Shown here piece by piece: positions 8,297 to 18,120 of a DNA stretch of 64,000 nt. The position numbers and the translations under genes are program-made. Origin of the DNA: Micavibrio sp. UBA2400 (GTDB lineage Bacteria > Pseudomonadota > Alphaproteobacteria > UBA2400); contig DDSC01000004.1 in NCBI GenBank assembly GCA_002343265.1, positions 1,898 through 65,897 of the forward strand. Reading direction: 5' to 3'. Numbering within the stretch: the first letter of the stretch is position 1; each line of letters opens with the position of its first letter. The notes beneath the pieces are model-generated. The model was given only the letters and a program-made list of their open reading frames with translations, searched no databases and was not told where the DNA came from.

Positions 8297-9805
8297 CTAT
8301 TTCACCGGCTTAAGCGTGGGGAACAAGATCACATCGCGGATGGTTTCGGTGCCGGTCAGCAGCATAATGGCGCGGTCGATGCCGATGCCAAGGCCGCCCG
8401 TGGGGGGCAGGCCATACTCGAGCGCGGTGACATAGTCGGCATCGATCATCTGCGCTTCATCATCGCCGCTTTCGCGCTGTTTCATCTGATCGACAAAGCG
8501 AGCCATCTGGTCCTGCGGGTCGGTGAGTTCGGAAAACGCGTTGGCGATTTCGCGGCCCACGCAGAAGGATTCATAACGCTCGGTTAAACGGCTGTCCTTG
8601 GGATCGGCCTTGGCAAAGGGTGAGATATCGCGCGGATGGTGGGTGATATGCGTGGGCTGGACGATGGTCGGCTCAATCAGATCGCCGAACACTTTCTCCA
8701 CACACTGGCCCCACAGCTCTTTACCCGTAATCTCAGCCCCGGCCTTCTTGGCAGCGGCGCGGGCCTCTTTGACATCGCTGATGGCAAGGAAGTCGATGCC
8801 CGTACGCTCTTTGACGATATCGACCATGCGCACACGCGCCCATGGGCCTTTGAAATTCAGGCGATGTTCGCCAAACTGGGCTTCCACACCGCCATTCACG
8901 GCGGTACAGGCAGCTTCAAAAATGGCCTCGGTCAGCTCCATCATGCCTTCCATATCGGTATAGGCCTGATAGCACTCCATCATGGTGAATTCGGGGTTGT
9001 GCTTGGGGCTGAGGCCCTCATTACGGAAGTTACGACCCACTTCAAATACGCGCTCGGAAAGGCCACCGACAATCAGGCGCTTGAGGTACAGCTCCGGCGC
9101 AATGCGCATATAGAGGTCGATATCGAGCGCGTTATGATGGGTGATGAACGGCTTGGCTGCAGCGCCGCCGGGGATGACCTGCATCATCGGCGTTTCCACC
9201 TCGATAAAGCCTCGACCCTGTAGCGTTTCGCGCACGGCCCGCAAGATGGCCGAGCGGGCGCGGAAGGTATTGCGACTTTCCTCATTCATGATGAGGTCGA
9301 GATAACGCTGGCGATAACGTGCTTCGGTATCGCTCAGGCCATGAAATTTATCGGGCAGTGGCAACAGGGTTTTGGCCAGCACCGTGATGGTGGTGGCATT
9401 CACTGTCAATTCGCCGCGCTTGGTGCGGCGCACCGTCCCCGCAACACCAATGAGATCGCCAATATCAAGGCAGGCGAGAATGTCGGCCATACCCGGGGCC
9501 AACGTCTCCTTGTGACTGAAGATCTGCACTTTGCCAGTAACATCCTGCAGGTCGATGAACATACCGTCATTCCGATAGGCACGGATGCGCCCGGCCACCA
9601 CGACATCATCGGTGGTCTGCGTATCCACCGCGAGATCCTTATATGTGTCATGCAGCTGCTGTGCCTTGGCCGTAGTGGTGAACTTGTAGGGATAGGCATT
9701 GACCCCAAGGGCTTTGAGTTTTTCCAGCTTGGCCAAGCGCACCTCGCGCAGACGGTCCTGCGCTTCCGTGGTTTCGGGTGTAATGAGGGCGGGCGTGGCA
9801 GTCAT
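8297..9805 (-). CDS. lysS: Lysine--tRNA ligase (class II)
   Basis: OB-fold anticodon-binding N-domain plus class II core motifs (..FRNEG.S..HNPEFT..E.Y.AY..). Confidence 0.95.
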   Translation of the reverse strand: MTATPALITPETTEAQDRLREVRLAKLEKLKALGVNAYPYKFTTTAKAQQLHDTYKDLAVDTQTTDDVVVAGRIRAYRNDGMFIDLQDVTGKVQIFSHKETLAPGMADILACLDIGDLIGVAGTVRRTKRGELTVNATTITVLAKTLLPLPDKFHGLSDTEARYRQRYLDLIMNEESRNTFRARSAILRAVRETLQGRGFIEVETPMMQVIPGGAAAKPFITHHNALDIDLYMRIAPELYLKRLIVGGLSERVFEVGRNFRNEGLSPKHNPEFTMMECYQAYTDMEGMMELTEAIFEAACTAVNGGVEAQFGEHRLNFKGPWARVRMVDIVKERTGIDFLAISDVKEARAAAKKAGAEITGKELWGQCVEKVFGDLIEPTIVQPTHITHHPRDISPFAKADPKDSRLTERYESFCVGREIANAFSELTDPQDQMARFVDQMKQRESGDDEAQMIDADYVTALEYGLPPTGGLGIGIDRAIMLLTGTETIRDVILFPTLKPVK

Positions 9806-9872
9806 GGCAGATGTCCTTGTAAAAACTGCCGTAAAATCGCGTTAAAGCCCTAAAAAAGCAAGCGAAAAACGC

Positions 9873-10400
9873 TTACGGCAGCAGAGCGATGGTCGCGCGA
9901 TCGCGACTATCCTGCGCCCAGTCGCGCGCGGTGCGGCCGGAATAGTCAGACAGCTCCGCTTTCGCTCCGGCGGAGAGCAGATGCGCGACTACCTCACGCT
10001 GCCCCTTGCGGGCACCTATCATAAGGGCGGTCAGGCCCTGCTTGTTGGGTGCGTTAACATCGGCCCCAGCCGCAATCAGCGCGTCGAGCACCTCAACATG
10101 CCCGGCCTCTGCTGCCACCATCAGCGCGGTCATACCCAGACGGTCAGCCCGGTTTACATCGGCCTTGTGGCGCACCAACAGCTCGACCATCGCCAGCTGC
10201 CCCTTCTCGGCCGCCAACTGCAATAGCGGCGTGCCATTGCTGGTCATGTTGGCTTTGGGCTCGGCCAGCAGGGCGGCTTTGGCACTGTCGAGATCGCCCG
10301 CACGCACGGCTTTGACCAGCGGCGCATCCGAGAACAGGCGGGTTTCAGCGGCAGCGGGGAGGGCAAGCACAAGAAGACACAGAACGACGAGTTTTTTCAT
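9873..10400 (-). CDS. Secreted ankyrin-repeat protein
   Basis: Signal peptide MKKLVVLCLLVLALPAAA, followed by ~4 ankyrin repeats (G.TPL..AA..G....V..LL..GADVN). Confidence 0.8.
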   Translation of the reverse strand: MKKLVVLCLLVLALPAAAETRLFSDAPLVKAVRAGDLDSAKAALLAEPKANMTSNGTPLLQLAAEKGQLAMVELLVRHKADVNRADRLGMTALMVAAEAGHVEVLDALIAAGADVNAPNKQGLTALMIGARKGQREVVAHLLSAGAKAELSDYSGRTARDWAQDSRDRATIALLP

Positions 10401-10459
10401 GACGCACTCACTTTCTGTGCGCCAGACTACGCCAGATCGGCCCGTTATAAAGGGGATTT

Positions 10460-11464
10460 TTAAGGCTGCGGCGAATCGCTGGTAATCACCAGTTCGACCC
10501 GGCGATTGCTGGCGCGGCCCTCGGTGGTGCTGTTGGGCGCAACCGGCTTGGTCTCGGCATAACCGATCGCGCGCAACCGGTTAGCAGGCAGCCCCATCGC
10601 CACCAGCTCGCGCACCACCATGGCGGCCCGCGCCGCCGATAACTCCCAGTTGGAGGGGAAGATGGCCGTCTTGATCGGGATATTGTCGGTGTGTCCTTCA
10701 ATCGAGATGACGCCGCCGGTTTGAGCGAGAATGGCCGATAGCCGCTGCACCAGTGCCTTGCCACCATCCTCCAGCAGGGCCTTGCCGCTGGCGAACAGGA
10801 TTTTATCAGAAATCCGAACCGTGACCGACTGCGCGGTACTGAGGACCTGCACCTGCCCAGCCAGATCATTTTGCTGCACCATCTGCTGCAACTGCTCGGC
10901 GAGTTTGTTTTCGGCCGGCTCAGGTGAAACTGGCTCCAGCGCGGGATCACGGTCGCCCGCTGTTGGCTCCGCTGCTGTTACTGTCTCGGGCACAGGCGGG
11001 TCTGGATAGGCCGTATAGGCCTCACCGCTCGGGGCCGGGTCGGTGGTGGCGCCATTAGCCTCGGGATCATCATAGCGGGAGATGACATCATCCTGATTTG
11101 CGGGCACACCAAGCTCGGCAATGGTAATACCCTGACCGTCAAATGGTGAGGGCGGCCCGGCAATTTCATGCTGGGCATCCGGCCGCAGGCCAACCGTTGT
11201 CTTGGGGTTGTTAACGGTGGACGCCGTTAGAATGACAAAAAACGCCATCAGCAGCGTCACCATATCGGCATAGGAGACCGCCCAGTCATTCTCGCCCAGA
11301 TCTTCCTCATCGCGATGCTCAACCTCACGGGCGGCGCGGTGTTCGAGCCGCGCCCGCTGCTGGTCCATCGGCTCGGGCTCGTGATGACCGAAGCCCGCCA
11401 CATAGCCACCGCCGGGCAAGTGGTCGCCATGCGCACTATACGGATGCGGCGTGTTAATCGACAC
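10460..11464 (-). CDS. motB: MotB/OmpA-family flagellar stator protein with an extended His/Gly-rich N-terminus
   Basis: N-terminal WAVSYADMVTLLMAFFVIL plug/TM motif. C-terminal OmpA-like peptidoglycan-binding domain (...NRRVELVI). Overlaps motA. Confidence 0.85.
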   Translation of the reverse strand: MSINTPHPYSAHGDHLPGGGYVAGFGHHEPEPMDQQRARLEHRAAREVEHRDEEDLGENDWAVSYADMVTLLMAFFVILTASTVNNPKTTVGLRPDAQHEIAGPPSPFDGQGITIAELGVPANQDDVISRYDDPEANGATTDPAPSGEAYTAYPDPPVPETVTAAEPTAGDRDPALEPVSPEPAENKLAEQLQQMVQQNDLAGQVQVLSTAQSVTVRISDKILFASGKALLEDGGKALVQRLSAILAQTGGVISIEGHTDNIPIKTAIFPSNWELSAARAAMVVRELVAMGLPANRLRAIGYAETKPVAPNSTTEGRASNRRVELVITSDSPQP

Positions 11465-12224
11465 CGCGGACCTCGTCGCGGTTTTCCATCAACAGATGGC
11501 GCAGATTGTCCTCAATCATCGCCGGACCACGGCCAAGGCGGATCAGCACCAATCCGTCCATCAGCACATGCAGCATGAAGACCCGGCGATAGGTGCGTTG
11601 TTCCAGCTTGAGGGAAATCGGCCGGAACACCACATAGGCCATGAGCAGACCATAGACGGTTGTCGTCAAGGCCAGAGCCAGACCGGCACCGATGATTTTG
11701 ATATCGGCGGTGGTCAGCTCGGAGAGCATCCCGATCAAACCGGCCAGAGTGCCGAGCATACCAAACGACGGCGAATAGCCAGCTAGCGCACGAAAGCACC
11801 GGGCGGTGGAGCTTTCCCCCTCACGCACCTGCTTGATGCGCCATTCCAGCAGGCGCATGAGATCATCGAGTGGAGTATTATCCAACACCAGCTGAAAGCC
11901 GAGTTTCAGATAGGGGCTGGAGGTCTGGGCGATGGTCTGCTCGGCAGCGCGGATGTCCTTGCGTAAATACTCACCGGCAAACTTGACGATCAGGTTGATT
12001 TCAGAGTCGATCGACTCATTCTCACGAAACAGCGAAGGCACCGCTGCCAGCATCGCTTTGAGCTGGGCGGTGCGGAACGACACCAGCGCGGAGGCCACTA
12101 GTCCGCCGAGGACGATGGCAATCCCGATCGGCTCAAAAAAGCGGCCCGCATGGCCGCCCGCACCGATCACCATGAAGGTGAACAGCACAAGAATTGCACC
12201 CACACCATAAATCGTGCTGTTCAT
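11454..12224 (-). CDS. motA: MotA/TolQ/ExbB-family proton channel (stator)
   Basis: 4-TM MotA topology with the conserved C-terminal GAGLALALTTTVYGL motif. Immediately upstream of motB. Confidence 0.85.
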   Translation of the reverse strand: MNSTIYGVGAILVLFTFMVIGAGGHAGRFFEPIGIAIVLGGLVASALVSFRTAQLKAMLAAVPSLFRENESIDSEINLIVKFAGEYLRKDIRAAEQTIAQTSSPYLKLGFQLVLDNTPLDDLMRLLEWRIKQVREGESSTARCFRALAGYSPSFGMLGTLAGLIGMLSELTTADIKIIGAGLALALTTTVYGLLMAYVVFRPISLKLEQRTYRRVFMLHVLMDGLVLIRLGRGPAMIEDNLRHLLMENRDEVRGVD

Positions 12225-12338
12225 GACCCGCCTTCCGCCGCAACTGCCTGTGTACAGGCTAGCGCCAGAATAGTTAACATTTGTTCACCAAGGTTAGCGA
12301 ATTTTATGCCATGTTAGCAGTATCAAAGACTTAGCGGC

Positions 12339-12623
12339 TCACTCGCTTTTCATGTTGCGCACAGCCCGCAAGGCGCGCGCAAGAGCCGACTCGTCATATG
12401 CAGCACCAGCTTCACTTAGCTCATCCCCAGTCATTTTATAATTTTCGGCCAGATAGCGCCGGGCTTTGGTCGCCACATCGGCCTCGCCCGGCTGGGAGAG
12501 AACCACGGTCAGCAGGGCGGACTCGGAAATATCGAGCTGAATACGCAACTGCTCTAGCGCGCGCACATACTCCGGCGCCAATCCGGCAATACTGCCTAAC
12601 TGAGTAGGTATATGTTTGGACAT
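12339..12623 (-). CDS. Hypothetical 94-aa protein upstream of motA
   Basis: ORF co-oriented with motAB. No recognisable family and no SD. The palindrome TTACATTGTAA abuts the start codon. Confidence 0.35.
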   Translation of the reverse strand: MSKHIPTQLGSIAGLAPEYVRALEQLRIQLDISESALLTVVLSQPGEADVATKARRYLAENYKMTGDELSEAGAAYDESALARALRAVRNMKSE

Positions 12624-12695
12624 GCTTACATTGTAACATCAAACTGACAGGTTGGGCTACTAGCAGCCCGTACAAAACAGCATTAGAACAATGGC

Positions 12696-14831
12696 ATGGC
12701 TAAACAGAATCAATCTGAATCAGTAGTTACCTGGCAGAAACTTGCTGAGGCAGAGTGCGCCTCGCTCGCCAAGCCGCGTACTGACGGGGTGGAGATCAAG
12801 CCGCTCTATACAAAGGCTGACCTGCCCACGGACCCTGAAGGTATGCCGGGGCTGCCGCCGTTTACCCGCGGTGTACGCGCAAGTATGTATGTGGGCAAGC
12901 CCTGGACCATCCGGCAATATGCCGGGTTCTCGACGGTTGAAGAGACCAATGCCTTTTTCCGTCGCGCCTTGGCCTCAGGCCAGACCGGGCTGTCGGTAGC
13001 GTTCGATCTGGCCACCCACCGCGGCTATGACAGCGACCATCCCCGCGTGGCGGCCGATGTCGGCAAGGCGGGCGTAGCGGTGTGCAGTGTGGAGGATATG
13101 AAGCGCCTGTTTGCGGGCATTGATCTGGGCGCGGTGAGCGTTTCGATGACCATGAACGGCGCGGTACTGCCCATCATGGCGGCCTATATACTCGCCACCG
13201 AGGAACAAGGTGTAAGCGCCGGGCAACTTACCGGCACCTTGCAAAACGATATCCTGAAGGAATTTCTGGTCCGCAACACCTACATCTACCCGCCCGAAGC
13301 CAGCTTGCGCATCACCACCGATATCATCGCCTATTGCAATGCCAATCTGCCCAAGTTCAACCCGATCTCCATCAGCGGCTACCATCTGCACGAGGCGGGG
13401 GCGAGTGCCGTGCAGGAGCTGGCCTTTACCTTGGCCGACGGAATTGAGTATGTGCGCGCCGCACTCAGCCACGGTCTGAGCGCCGAAACATTCGCCCCGC
13501 GCCTGTCCTTCTTTTTTGGCATCGGGATGGATTTTTTCACCGAAATCGCCAAGCTGCGGGCAGCACGCCAACTGTGGGCAACGCTGCTGACTGACTATTT
13601 TAACGTCACCGAGCCGAAAGCGCTGGCGCTGCGTATGCACTGCCAGACCAGCGGCGTTTCGTTAGCCGAGCAGGACCCGCTCAACAACATCACCCGCACC
13701 GCCTATGAAGCGCTGGCGGCGATCCTGGGCGGCACGCAATCACTGCACACCAACAGCTATGATGAGGCACTGGCCCTGCCCAGCGATACCGCTGCCCGGA
13801 TCGCCCGCAACACCCAGCTGATTCTGGCTGAGGAAACCAACATCACCAAGGTGATCGACCCGCTGGGTGGTAGCTACTATATCGAAAGTCTGACGGCCCA
13901 ACTGGTGCAGCAAGCCCGCGCCCTGATTGAGAAAATTGAAACCGAAGGCGGCATGCTCAAAGCCATCGAAAATGGCTGGATCCAGGACGCCATCCAGACC
14001 AGCGCGGCGCAGCGGCAGGCTCGGCTGGACAATGGCACCGATGTAGTTATTGGTGTCAATAAATATCGGCTTGACGCTGAGCAGCGTGTAGAGACCCGGG
14101 AGGTCGATAACGCCGCCGTCCGCGCTCAACAGATCGCACGGCTGGCCGAGCTGAGGAAAACACGGAACGAGAAAGAAGTGACCGCAGCCCTTGCGGCACT
14201 AAGCGCCGGAGCCAAGGGTAAGGAGAACCTGCTGGATCTTGCCATCCGTGCCATGCGGGCACGGGCAACCGTGGGTGAAGTCAGCGCGGCACTGGAAACA
14301 ATTTTTAGCCGCTATCAGGCCCCGGTACGTACGCTGCGTGGTATTTATGCGGCGGCGCGGCGCGATGACGCCCGCTTTGCGCAGGTGAAAGACCAAGTGA
14401 GCGCCAAAGCCCCACGCCTGCTGATCCTCAAGCTTGGGCAGGACGGGCATGACCGCGGCGCCAAGGTGGTGGCCGCTGCCTTTCATGATCTGGGTTTTCA
14501 GGTGGAGCTTGGCCCGCTGTTTGAGACACCGGCCGAGGGCGCGATCCGCGTACGCGAACAGGGCGCCCGCATCGTGGGCCTGTCAAGTCTTGCGGGCGCG
14601 CACAAAGACCTCGTGCCGCAATTCATGACCGAGTTGAATCGGCTTGATCTGACAGATGTTATTGTTGTGGTGGGTGGCGTGATCCCCCCGCAGGACTATG
14701 CCGCGTTGTTTGAAGCGGGTGTAGCCGCCATCTATGGCCCCGGCACCGATCTGCTGACAGCGGCGGAAGAGCTGCTGGGCCTGCTCGATAAACGCAATGA
14801 GCCGCCTGCGTCGCGGAGCAAGAAAATATGA
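12696..14831 (+). CDS. Methylmalonyl-CoA mutase family protein (large subunit with C-terminal B12-binding domain)
   Basis: Mutase barrel motifs ([33 protein letters not shown]). C-terminal cobalamin-binding DGHDRG..V motif. Cannot distinguish Mcm, Ecm or Hcm from the sequence. Confidence 0.9.
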   Translation: MAKQNQSESVVTWQKLAEAECASLAKPRTDGVEIKPLYTKADLPTDPEGMPGLPPFTRGVRASMYVGKPWTIRQYAGFSTVEETNAFFRRALASGQTGLSVAFDLATHRGYDSDHPRVAADVGKAGVAVCSVEDMKRLFAGIDLGAVSVSMTMNGAVLPIMAAYILATEEQGVSAGQLTGTLQNDILKEFLVRNTYIYPPEASLRITTDIIAYCNANLPKFNPISISGYHLHEAGASAVQELAFTLADGIEYVRAALSHGLSAETFAPRLSFFFGIGMDFFTEIAKLRAARQLWATLLTDYFNVTEPKALALRMHCQTSGVSLAEQDPLNNITRTAYEALAAILGGTQSLHTNSYDEALALPSDTAARIARNTQLILAEETNITKVIDPLGGSYYIESLTAQLVQQARALIEKIETEGGMLKAIENGWIQDAIQTSAAQRQARLDNGTDVVIGVNKYRLDAEQRVETREVDNAAVRAQQIARLAELRKTRNEKEVTAALAALSAGAKGKENLLDLAIRAMRARATVGEVSAALETIFSRYQAPVRTLRGIYAAARRDDARFAQVKDQVSAKAPRLLILKLGQDGHDRGAKVVAAAFHDLGFQVELGPLFETPAEGAIRVREQGARIVGLSSLAGAHKDLVPQFMTELNRLDLTDVIVVVGGVIPPQDYAALFEAGVAAIYGPGTDLLTAAEELLGLLDKRNEPPASRSKKI

Positions 14832-15325
14832 GCGAAAAAGTTTTACTTCCCCGCGAAGATTGGCTGAAGACATTGCCCCGTAAGCGCATGGCGGCGGCCT
14901 GCCTGCTGGAGCTGGATGGTAAGTTTCTTATCGTTAAGCCAAACTATAGGGACTGGTGGCTGCTCCCCGGTGGGGGGATGGACGAACTAGAATCACCCTT
15001 AGGCACTATGCAACGTGAATTGAAAGAAGAGCTGGGGCTGGAAATTAGACCAACACGACTCTTGGTGGTGGACTACCGACAGGAACCGAATGCAAAAACC
15101 GCAGCAGATGAGAAAGTTGATTTCCTCTTTTATGCGCCACTAACCCCTGCCCAATTTAATGCCATCGTTCTTCAAGCCGACGAACTCACCGGAATGAAAC
15201 TGGTTATGGCTACTGAACTAGATTCTTTGCTTTCACTCTGGCAGGCGCGACGCGTGCAAACCGGGCTGGTGGCGCTCCGCGAAAACCGCACAATCTATGC
15301 CCAAGAGGGTGTAGGAATGATCTGA
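14828..15325 (+). CDS. NUDIX hydrolase
   Basis: Nudix box [24 protein letters not shown]. Start ATG overlaps the mutase stop (ATGA). Noticeably lower GC than its neighbours. Confidence 0.8.
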   Translation: MSEKVLLPREDWLKTLPRKRMAAACLLELDGKFLIVKPNYRDWWLLPGGGMDELESPLGTMQRELKEELGLEIRPTRLLVVDYRQEPNAKTAADEKVDFLFYAPLTPAQFNAIVLQADELTGMKLVMATELDSLLSLWQARRVQTGLVALRENRTIYAQEGVGMI

Positions 15326-15370
15326 GCCTCCCCAACCTACTTGGGGGAAGGAAAACTAGAGAAATCAGCT

Positions 15371-17170
15371 ATGGCACATATTATGAACAACTCCTCTACG
15401 CTCGCCTCTCGGCCACTACGCACGCTATTTCGCTACCTCTGGCAGCCGGACTGGAATACACGTAGCCGCATCCTGCTCGGTCTTGCCCTGCTGCTGGCGG
15501 CCAAGCTGGCCAATGTCTACGCGCCGATATTCTATAAGCAGGCCGTGGATGCCCTTACCGTAACCACCACGCATCTGAGTGCCGTCATCCCTATTGGCCT
15601 GATCGTGGCCTACGGCCTTGCCCGCATCGGCACCATGGCTTTTTCGGAATTACGTGAAGCTCTCTTCGGTCGCGTGCTCTTCAGCTCCATGCGGCGGGCG
15701 GCGATGGATGTTTTTCGGCATCTGCACCACCTTTCGCTGCGCTTTCATCTGGAGCGGCGCACCGGCGGCTTATCGCGTGTCATTGAGCGGGGCATCGCCG
15801 GGATTGAGCGTTTCCTGAACCTCACCACATGGTTTCTCGGCCCGACCCTGCTGGAAATCATCCTCACCTCTGGCGTGCTGTTCTACTTTTTCGGTTGGCC
15901 GATCGTGCTGGTAACGCTCACCACCATTATTGTTTATATGGCCTATACGCTTTCCGTAACTGAGTGGCGGTTGCGGTTGCGCCGCGAGGTAAACGCGCAC
16001 AACACCACCTCCAACAGCAAGGCGGTGGACAGCCTGCTGAACTATGAAACAGTCAAGTACTTCGGCAACGAAGCGCACGAAGCGCAGCGCTATGAAACCA
16101 CCATGCGGGCCTACGAAGATGCGTTGGTGCAAAGCCGGGTATCGCTCTCGTTGTTGAATGTCGGGCAGTCGGTAATTATTGCGGTAGGGTTAGCGCTGGT
16201 CATGTATCTGGCCGCGCGAGATATTGTGGCTGGCACCATGAGCGTGGGCGATTTCGTGCTGGTCAATACCTATCTGCTGCAACTGTATATGCCGCTCAAC
16301 TTTCTTGGCTCGGCCTACCGCGAAACACGTGAGGCCGTCATTGACATGGAAAAGATGTTTGAACTGCTCAGCGTCAACCGCGAAGTGGCCGATGCACCAA
16401 GCGCGACACCGCTACAGGTGACGCAAGGCCGCATCGTGTTTGAGAATATAAACTTTGGCTATGACGAGCGCCGCCCGATTTTGCAGGGCGTGAGCTTTGT
16501 GGCCGAGCCGGGGCAAACAGTAGCGGTGGTGGGGGCAAGTGGAGCGGGCAAATCCACTCTCTCCCGGCTGTTGTTCCGGTTTTATGATATTCAAAGTGGG
16601 TGCATCAGCATTGATGGACAGGATATCCGCACCGTCACGCAGGCCAGTTTGCGCGCGGCGCTGGGCATTGTACCGCAGGATACTGTGCTATTTAACGACA
16701 CGATTGAATACAACATCGGCTATGGTAACCCATCAGCCAGTCACGAAGAGATTGTGGCCGCGGCCAAGCTGGCGCAAATTCATGATTTTTGTATGAGCCT
16801 GCCCGATGGCTATAAAACCGTGGTGGGTGAGCGCGGCCTGAAGCTTTCGGGCGGCGAGAAGCAACGCGTGGCCATTGCCCGCACCATCCTGAAAAATCCG
16901 CCGCTGCTGGTGTTTGATGAAGCCACCTCGGCACTTGATACGCATACCGAAAAGGAGATACAAGCCAGCTTGAAAGCGGTGAGCCGGGGTCGCACCACGC
17001 TGATGATCGCGCATCGTCTGTCCACCGTGGCCGAGGCTGACCTGATTTTAGTGCTCGATAATGGTAAAGTGGCCGAACGCGGCACCCACAGCGAACTGCT
17101 TGATAAAAACGGGCTTTATGCGGCATTGTGGCGCCGTCAGCTGGAATCCGGCGAAAGCAGTCCGGTTTGA
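15371..17170 (+). CDS. ABC transporter ATP-binding/permease protein, Atm1/HMT1-like exporter
   Basis: 6-TM exporter domain plus NBD with Walker A GASGAGKST, signature LSGGEKQRVAIAR and Walker B LLVFDEATSALD. The ORF extends to a TTG at 15341; the ATG at 15371 is more likely. Confidence 0.9.
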   Translation: MAHIMNNSSTLASRPLRTLFRYLWQPDWNTRSRILLGLALLLAAKLANVYAPIFYKQAVDALTVTTTHLSAVIPIGLIVAYGLARIGTMAFSELREALFGRVLFSSMRRAAMDVFRHLHHLSLRFHLERRTGGLSRVIERGIAGIERFLNLTTWFLGPTLLEIILTSGVLFYFFGWPIVLVTLTTIIVYMAYTLSVTEWRLRLRREVNAHNTTSNSKAVDSLLNYETVKYFGNEAHEAQRYETTMRAYEDALVQSRVSLSLLNVGQSVIIAVGLALVMYLAARDIVAGTMSVGDFVLVNTYLLQLYMPLNFLGSAYRETREAVIDMEKMFELLSVNREVADAPSATPLQVTQGRIVFENINFGYDERRPILQGVSFVAEPGQTVAVVGASGAGKSTLSRLLFRFYDIQSGCISIDGQDIRTVTQASLRAALGIVPQDTVLFNDTIEYNIGYGNPSASHEEIVAAAKLAQIHDFCMSLPDGYKTVVGERGLKLSGGEKQRVAIARTILKNPPLLVFDEATSALDTHTEKEIQASLKAVSRGRTTLMIAHRLSTVAEADLILVLDNGKVAERGTHSELLDKNGLYAALWRRQLESGESSPV

Positions 17171-17218
17171 CTTGACCACCGGGCCGGGCGGAGTATGTGT
17201 AGGGCAAGGAGTTTTGCC

Positions 17219-17662
17219 ATGTCCGCTCACGCCACCGCCCCCCGCCCCGTTGCCAGCGCCGTTCCGGCCCAGCATGCCCTGATTTACATCATGGTGATGA
17301 TGAGTGCCGCGGACGGTGACATGACCGATAACGAACTGGGCGTGATCGGCGATCTGGTGCGTCATCTGCCGGTGTTTCGTCACTTCGAGCTGGATACGCT
17401 GCCGGATGTGGCCCGCGAATGCACCTCGCACCTCAATCACCCGGATGGCATGCGCCATACGCTGCACGTTATTAAAGCGTCACTGCCCGAGCGTCTGCAC
17501 GAGACAGGCTATGCTATTGCCTGTGATATTGCGGCGGCCGATGCCGGTGTGTCACCGGAAGAGCGGCGCCTGCTGGAGTTGTTGCGCCTTGAGCTGGAGA
17601 TCGACCACCTGCATGCCAGCGCGATTGAGTGGGGGGCGCGCGCCCGCTATCTCGTCGCCTGA
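17219..17662 (+). CDS. TerB-like (tellurite-resistance TerB / DjlA-N-like) family protein
   Basis: Paired amphipathic helices with conserved acidic residues (..SAADGDMTDNEL..., ..AAADAGVSPEERRLLE..). SD aaggag before ATG 17219. Confidence 0.55.
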   Translation: MSAHATAPRPVASAVPAQHALIYIMVMMSAADGDMTDNELGVIGDLVRHLPVFRHFELDTLPDVARECTSHLNHPDGMRHTLHVIKASLPERLHETGYAIACDIAAADAGVSPEERRLLELLRLELEIDHLHASAIEWGARARYLVA

Positions 17663-17666
17663 GTTA

Positions 17667-17879
17667 TTATTTACCGCTCTCATCGCTCCAAGCCAGCACC
17701 ATGGCGTGATAGGCCGCGCGCAACTGCTCGGGAGTCAGGCCGGTGGTCTCGCCGGCGGCCACCAGCATTTCCGGCGTTGGCTCGACCGGCAGGGTCAGAT
17801 AGTCGGGATGGCTGATGTCGGCCACCGCTTGCAGTGCCTCTTTTAATTTATCGCTGTACGGATTTTTCTTGATGACCAT
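17667..17879 (-). CDS. Hypothetical 70-aa protein
   Basis: Small ORF convergent with the TerB-like gene. No family recognised. Confidence 0.3.
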   Translation of the reverse strand: MVIKKNPYSDKLKEALQAVADISHPDYLTLPVEPTPEMLVAAGETTGLTPEQLRAAYHAMVLAWSDESGK

Positions 17880-18120
17880 GCGTTCCTCCTTGCTGTTCTG
17901 ATCCTTTCATCGCAAGGGGTGGGCCATGCCGTTCAGATATAAAGAATAGTTTTATATCAATAAGATAAGCGTTGAACGTTCGCGATAAATTCGTATCGGT
18001 TACAATTCCCTTTGCATTTTGCAAAGCAGACTGCGGCGCTGGTCAGGAATGTGTTTAGAGAGTGTTAAAGAACCGGGTGCATAGAGAGAACATGCCGATC
18101 AAATTGATATAGGTCAAACC

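Noticed and set aside
12975-13640. 221-aa minus-strand ORF inside the methylmalonyl-CoA mutase gene
   Set aside because: Antisense shadow ORF typical of high-GC DNA. The Arg/Gly/His-rich product has no motif, and the sense frame is an unambiguous mutase.
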